From contig CBDFGR010000001.1 of assembly GCA_965247115.1 (NCBI GenBank), positions 64,001 through 128,000 of the forward strand: a DNA stretch of 64,000 bases. Direction: 5' to 3'. Positions 59,792-64,000 of this stretch are shown here, piece by piece. The stretch's first letter is position 1. Every line of letters begins with the position of its first letter. The notes under the pieces are model-generated. The model searched no databases. It was not told where the DNA came from and was given only the letters and a program-made list of their open reading frames with translations. This DNA is from Myxococcota bacterium. Its GTDB lineage: Bacteria; Myxococcota_A; UBA9160; SZUA-336. The position numbers and the translations under genes were made by a program.

Positions 59792-61250
59792 GCTTCTGCA
59801 CCTTCCCCGAGGCTGTACGAGGCAACTCGGCCACGACGACCACGTCGAGTGGAACCTTGAACGCCGCCAGTCGCTTTCGCGTCCACTCGAGAAGCTCGGC
59901 CGTGTCGAGGGGGGGGTGGGCGGGAACGACGTACGCGCGGCCGCTTTCGCCCCAGCGGTCGTCCGGAACCCCGACCACGGCCACCTCCGACACGTTCTCA
60001 TGCCCCTCCACGACACGCTCCACCTCGGCAGGATAGACGTTCTCTCCGCCGCTGATGAAGAGCTCTGCGCGGCGGCCGACGAGAGTGACGAACCCGTCCT
60101 CGTCCATGACTCCGAGATCGCCCGTGCGGTGCCACCCGTCGAGGCGCGAGGCCTCGGTTGCCTCGGGCTGGCCCCAGTAGCCCGACATCACGATCCGACC
60201 GCGGACTAGGATCTCGCCTTCGTGGCCCGGCGTTACCGTGGCGCCCTCCGCATCTGCGATCCGCAGCTCGCAGTTCCCGACCGGCCGGCCCACAGAGCCC
60301 GCGTTTCGGATCACGTCTTCCGTGTCAAGGCAGCAAAGGATCGAGGTCTCGGTCTGGCCGTACCCCTGCTTGAGGCGTACTCCGGCGTCGAAGAAGCGGT
60401 GGATGGTCGCGACGTCGAGCGGCGCTCCCGCGCCGAAGGCGAAGCGCAGGCTCCGCCAGCAGTCTCCGCGTAGGCCGGCCTCGAGCATGCGTCGGTACAT
60501 CACAGGAACGGCTCCGAGCAACGTAGCCTGGTGTCGGCCGATGCACTCCTGCAGCCCGACCGGGTCGAAGCGATCCACCAGCACGATCGTGGCACCCGCG
60601 AACAGCGTCGGCACCGAGAGGATCTTGAGCCCGTACGAGTGGAACAGCGGGACCGGCACCACGACGACGTCCTCGGGCCGCAGTCCCAGGTACACCTCCG
60701 CGTTGAGCGTGTTGCAGAGCGTCTTCCGGTGCGGAAGGACGGCGCCCTTCGGTAGCCCGGTAGTGCCACTCGTGTACATGATCGTCTGCGCCGTCTCCCC
60801 GCCGGCTGCCAACGCGGGCTCCTCCGCGCTCGTGGGTAGCTCCGCACAAAGCTCGTCCGCACTGAGGAGCTCCATGCCGCAGTCGGCTGGCATGTCGACG
60901 TCTCGAGCGCGGATCACGAGGCGCGGCCGACAGTCCTGGATCTGAAAGCCGAGCTCGGGCGGTGCGAGCCGTGTATTCAACGGCACACTGATAGCTCCGA
61001 GCTTCGCCGCGGCGAAGTAGACCGCGAGCGTCAACGGCTCGCTGCGCAGCGCCATCGCCACCCGCTCCCCGAGCCCGACCCCACGCAGCTCCAGGCTGCG
61101 CGCGACCCTGTTCGTGAGTGCATTCAGCTCGCAGTACGAGAAGCACTCCCCGGTCGCCTCGACCGAGATCGCCGGATGCTCCGGTCGCTCCGCGGCGCGA
61201 TGCGTGAGCCAGCTCCCAATGTTCACGTCGGGACGACGAAGAGCATCCAT
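59769..61250 (-). CDS. Acyl-CoA synthetase/AMP-binding protein (MenE/FadD-like)
   Basis: YTSGTTGLPKG, GYGQTET, TGDLG, GGENVYP, TASGKV; start 61250 or 61226. Confidence 0.9.
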   Translation of the reverse strand: MDALRRPDVNIGSWLTHRAAERPEHPAISVEATGECFSYCELNALTNRVARSLELRGVGLGERVAMALRSEPLTLAVYFAAAKLGAISVPLNTRLAPPELGFQIQDCRPRLVIRARDVDMPADCGMELLSADELCAELPTSAEEPALAAGGETAQTIMYTSGTTGLPKGAVLPHRKTLCNTLNAEVYLGLRPEDVVVVPVPLFHSYGLKILSVPTLFAGATIVLVDRFDPVGLQECIGRHQATLLGAVPVMYRRMLEAGLRGDCWRSLRFAFGAGAPLDVATIHRFFDAGVRLKQGYGQTETSILCCLDTEDVIRNAGSVGRPVGNCELRIADAEGATVTPGHEGEILVRGRIVMSGYWGQPEATEASRLDGWHRTGDLGVMDEDGFVTLVGRRAELFISGGENVYPAEVERVVEGHENVSEVAVVGVPDDRWGESGRAYVVPAHPPLDTAELLEWTRKRLAAFKVPLDVVVVAELPRTASGKVQKHALLEQS

Positions 61251-61385
61251 GCTCGCGGCAGTATGACTCGCCGCACACCCAACCGCGCAAGCGCCGCGCC
61301 CCACCGGCCAGCTCCCACAGCCAACGCACTCCCCAGTTCAGACTCCGGAGAGAACGGCCAACCTCCTACGGGGCTTGGCACCCAT

Positions 61386-61480
61386 GCAAGCGCCGCGGAA
61401 CGCGGCGCGCGCAGCGAAGGGCAAAGCCCTGAGCGAAGGTGGGTGGCCCGCGACCGCTCGCGGGCCGGGTCCCACAAGAC
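61386..61480 (-). repeat. Three-hairpin GTGG-REP-like element, copy 4 (reverse)
   Basis: Reverse complement: GTCTTGTGGGACCC-GGCCCGCGA gcgg TCGCGGGCC-ACCCACCTTCGCTC-AGGGC ttt GCCCT-...-GCGCCGCG ttc CGCGGCGC-TTGC. Confidence 0.93.
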
Positions 61481-63520
61481 TTAGAAGCTCGCGTTGTCGA
61501 TGAAGTGCGATAGGGCCTCGGCCATGTCGTTCGCGGACTCGAAGCGGTCCTCGGGCTCCTTCTCGCAGGCCGTGCGGATGACCTGCGAGATCACGTCTGG
61601 CAGCTCCGGCTGGTGCTGCCGGGGGTCCGGCAACGTCAGATGGAGCTGCTGATCGACGATGTCCTCCCCTCCGAAGGGGCGGCGGCCCGTCGCCATCTCG
61701 AACATGGAGATGCCGAGCGCGTACAGATCGGCCCTGCCGTCGAGCTCGCTGCCAAGAATCTGCTCGGGCGGCATGTACTGCGGCGTCCCCTTCGCCTTGT
61801 TCAGTCCTTCGCCGCCCGCCTCCACCGCTCGGCTGATCCCGAAGTCCATCAGCTTCGCCTTGCCGTCGGGCGCGATAAGCATGTTGCTTGGCTTGATGTC
61901 GCGGTGCACCACATTTTGGGTGTGCGCGAAGGCGAGCGCGTGACAGATCTCGCGGCCGATCTCCGCCACCCGCAAGGGACGCAGGGCCTGCCGCTGCTTC
62001 GAGTCCGGAACGGTCATCAGCTCTCGGACCGTCCGGCCCTGCACGTACTCCATCACGATACAGGGCTGGGCGCCGATCACCGCGACGTCATAGATGTGGA
62101 CGATGTTCGGATGGTTCATGGCCGCCGCGGAGCGGGCCTCCTGGCGGAACATCTTGAGGGCTGCGGGATTCGACGCCAGCTCCGCCGGCAGGAACTTGAT
62201 TGCGACCGGTCGCTCGAGCTCCTTATCCCAGGCGCGGTAGACGATACCCATGCCGCCGCGTCCGATCTCCTCGCGCAGGTCGTAGCGCTCGGTATGGTAC
62301 GCGGCAGCGCTCTCGCTAGAGGCGCCCCAGACACGCTCCTGTAGACGTTCGATTCGCGCTGCGACGTCGCCGAAGCTGGAGTCCACGTCGACGATCTCGT
62401 TCAGCACGTCGAGCGCCCCCATGGCATCCTCCGAGCGCTCGAGCGTCTCGGCGAGCTGGGCGAGCAGCTCGAGGTCATCCTTGCTGGTCGGGCTCTCGGG
62501 GCGGATCGAGAGCAGTGTGTCGCGCGCACGATCGAACAGCCCCTTCTCGTGAAAGATGCGGGCCAGGAGCTGGCTCGCCGGTCGGCGATCGACGGAGTCG
62601 TCGGGGACGGTCCGGAGCACGTCAGCGGCCCGTTCGTAGGAGCCCAGCTCGTAGAAGGCATTCGCAGCGGCCAGGTGGTGGCCGAGTCGTACGCTCATGG
62701 AGGCCGCCCGCATGCGATTGCCGGCCCGCTCGAAGCTGTCGCGCGCCTTTTCGATCGCCCCCGCCTTCTCGTAGGCCAGCGCCGCTCGCGACCAGGCACC
62801 ATCCTGGGCGTAGGCTTCCGCAGCGGCGTCCAACTCGTCGCGCTCCTCCAGCAGCTCCGCCGCACGCGAGAGCTCCCCCGCCTCCATCCAGCACTCGGCG
62901 GCGCGCTTCGAGGCACCCGCGGCCTGAAACTGCTCCGCGGCGCGGCGGAGTACGGCGGGTGAACGCCCCCTGGCCGCGAGCAGAGCCTCGCCCGCCTCGA
63001 CCCCCATGCTCGCCCTGGCGTACAGGCGCGCGGCGCTCTCGGCGTCTCCGATCGTGCTCAGGATCTCAGCGGCGGTGTCGAGCTGGTCCGCCCGCTCGTA
63101 GAGCTCGGCCGCCTCGCGATCGCAACCGAGCTGGTGCAGGCAAGTGGCCGCATCCGCCCACTGTCCCGCCGCCTCGAAGTAGTGGGCCGCCTCCGCCAGA
63201 CGACCGATTTCCCGGTACGTTTCCGCGGCTCTTACCGGCTGCTTCAGGCGCAGGTGGCACTGCGCGACCTTGGCCAGCTCGCCCGCGTTCTGAAACAGCG
63301 CCAGCGCACTCCGGACCTGACCCTCGGAGAGGCGCAGCTCGGCCGCCTGTTTGTAGTTCCCGGCCTCGATCAGGCGGCGCACGCTCGCGTCGATGCTCTC
63401 GGCGGCCGCAGGTGCGCGCTGGCGCCGCGCGACCCACGCCCCGGCCACGAGCAGGGTGCCAAGCAGCAGCGCGACGCCGACGAGGACGATGTCCATGGCG
63501 AGCATCTCGAACTCGCTCAC
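61481..63520 (-). CDS. Membrane-anchored TPR-repeat Ser/Thr protein kinase
   Basis: TM, many helical repeats, then GRGGMG, VAIK, HRDIKPSN, DFG; start estimated from SD AAGGAG. Confidence 0.9.
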   Translation of the reverse strand: MSEFEMLAMDIVLVGVALLLGTLLVAGAWVARRQRAPAAAESIDASVRRLIEAGNYKQAAELRLSEGQVRSALALFQNAGELAKVAQCHLRLKQPVRAAETYREIGRLAEAAHYFEAAGQWADAATCLHQLGCDREAAELYERADQLDTAAEILSTIGDAESAARLYARASMGVEAGEALLAARGRSPAVLRRAAEQFQAAGASKRAAECWMEAGELSRAAELLEERDELDAAAEAYAQDGAWSRAALAYEKAGAIEKARDSFERAGNRMRAASMSVRLGHHLAAANAFYELGSYERAADVLRTVPDDSVDRRPASQLLARIFHEKGLFDRARDTLLSIRPESPTSKDDLELLAQLAETLERSEDAMGALDVLNEIVDVDSSFGDVAARIERLQERVWGASSESAAAYHTERYDLREEIGRGGMGIVYRAWDKELERPVAIKFLPAELASNPAALKMFRQEARSAAAMNHPNIVHIYDVAVIGAQPCIVMEYVQGRTVRELMTVPDSKQRQALRPLRVAEIGREICHALAFAHTQNVVHRDIKPSNMLIAPDGKAKLMDFGISRAVEAGGEGLNKAKGTPQYMPPEQILGSELDGRADLYALGISMFEMATGRRPFGGEDIVDQQLHLTLPDPRQHQPELPDVISQVIRTACEKEPEDRFESANDMAEALSHFIDNASF

Positions 63521-63675
63521 GGCTTGCCGCACTCCTTCTGGTCCGATCTGTCCACCACGGGCGCTCCTGTCTCTCGCGCGAGGATCCGCTCTTCCGCACC
63601 ACGCGCTCCACGAAGTTTCGGCCTCTGGCAGGCTGGTGTTTAGCCACGCCGCGGCGAGCTCCCTATCCTCTCGAC

Positions 63676-64000
63676 GTGCACCTGCTTCACAAGGAGCTCT
63701 CCCGCTTCCTGCGGGAGATGGGCGTCTCGCGAGAGGAAAACGTCCTCGTGGCGGTGTCGGGGGGAGCGGATTCGGTCGCGCTCCTGCACGGGCTCGCAAG
63801 CATCGGCCAGCGCGTGGCCGTCGGTCACGTACACCACGGCTTGCGCGGGGCAGCGGCTGATGCAGATCTCGTCTTCGTTCGTGGGCGCTGTGCGGAGCTC
63901 GGGCTGGAGTTCCGGGCCGCGCGGGTTGACGCGAGCCGGCGCGATGCGCGCTCTCCGGAAGCTCGCGCGCGGGAGCTCCGCTACTCGGAGCTCGAGCGCA
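63676..64000 (+). CDS. tilS: tRNA(Ile)-lysidine synthetase (3'-truncated by window edge)
   Basis: Manual translation VLVAVSGGADSVALL...HVHHGLRG...EARARELRY; start estimated. Confidence 0.92.
   Translation, partial: MHLLHKELSRFLREMGVSREENVLVAVSGGADSVALLHGLASIGQRVAVGHVHHGLRGAAADADLVFVRGRCAELGLEFRAARVDASRRDARSPEARARELRYSELER

Overview
This is a GC-rich bacterial chromosomal segment, probably Myxococcota/deltaproteobacterial; that placement is inferred from gene order and protein style, not proven. The first 16.5 kb is the fusA-tuf-S10-spc-alpha ribosomal supercluster, which lacks rplC (L3) and has an N-terminally short rplD. From 16.5 to 39 kb lie housekeeping genes: tlpA-like, ftsB-like, argS, SPOR, rfbD, UDP-GlcA decarboxylase, lepA-lepB, pyrR-pyrB-pyrC-carAB with a PyrR-binding hairpin over the RBS, recG, alaC-hom-thrC, glpX and ribE. 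From 39 to 41 kb is a cluster of small nucleic-acid-binding proteins: KhpA-like, bS22, a 100-aa KKATR/KKARR protamine-like protein, and RpoZ. The last 23 kb is more accessory. It holds pilT paired with a His->Tyr (DivL-like) pseudo-histidine kinase, a frameshifted lipoprotein, an AGT aminotransferase, HIT, dGTPase, a large DHH-like protein with an RNase E-like disordered region, queE, thiC behind tRNA-Met, AgcS, an atypical LuxR, a di-heme cytochrome c, an acyl-CoA ligase, a TPR-Ser/Thr kinase and partial tilS. The most striking non-coding signal is a ~92-95 nt three-hairpin GTGG-REP-like element present in four copies. Each copy starts just after a stop codon, shows compensatory base changes in all three stems, and is followed by a strand-polarised C-depleted tail. 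No CRISPR array, rRNA, transposase or prophage gene was seen.
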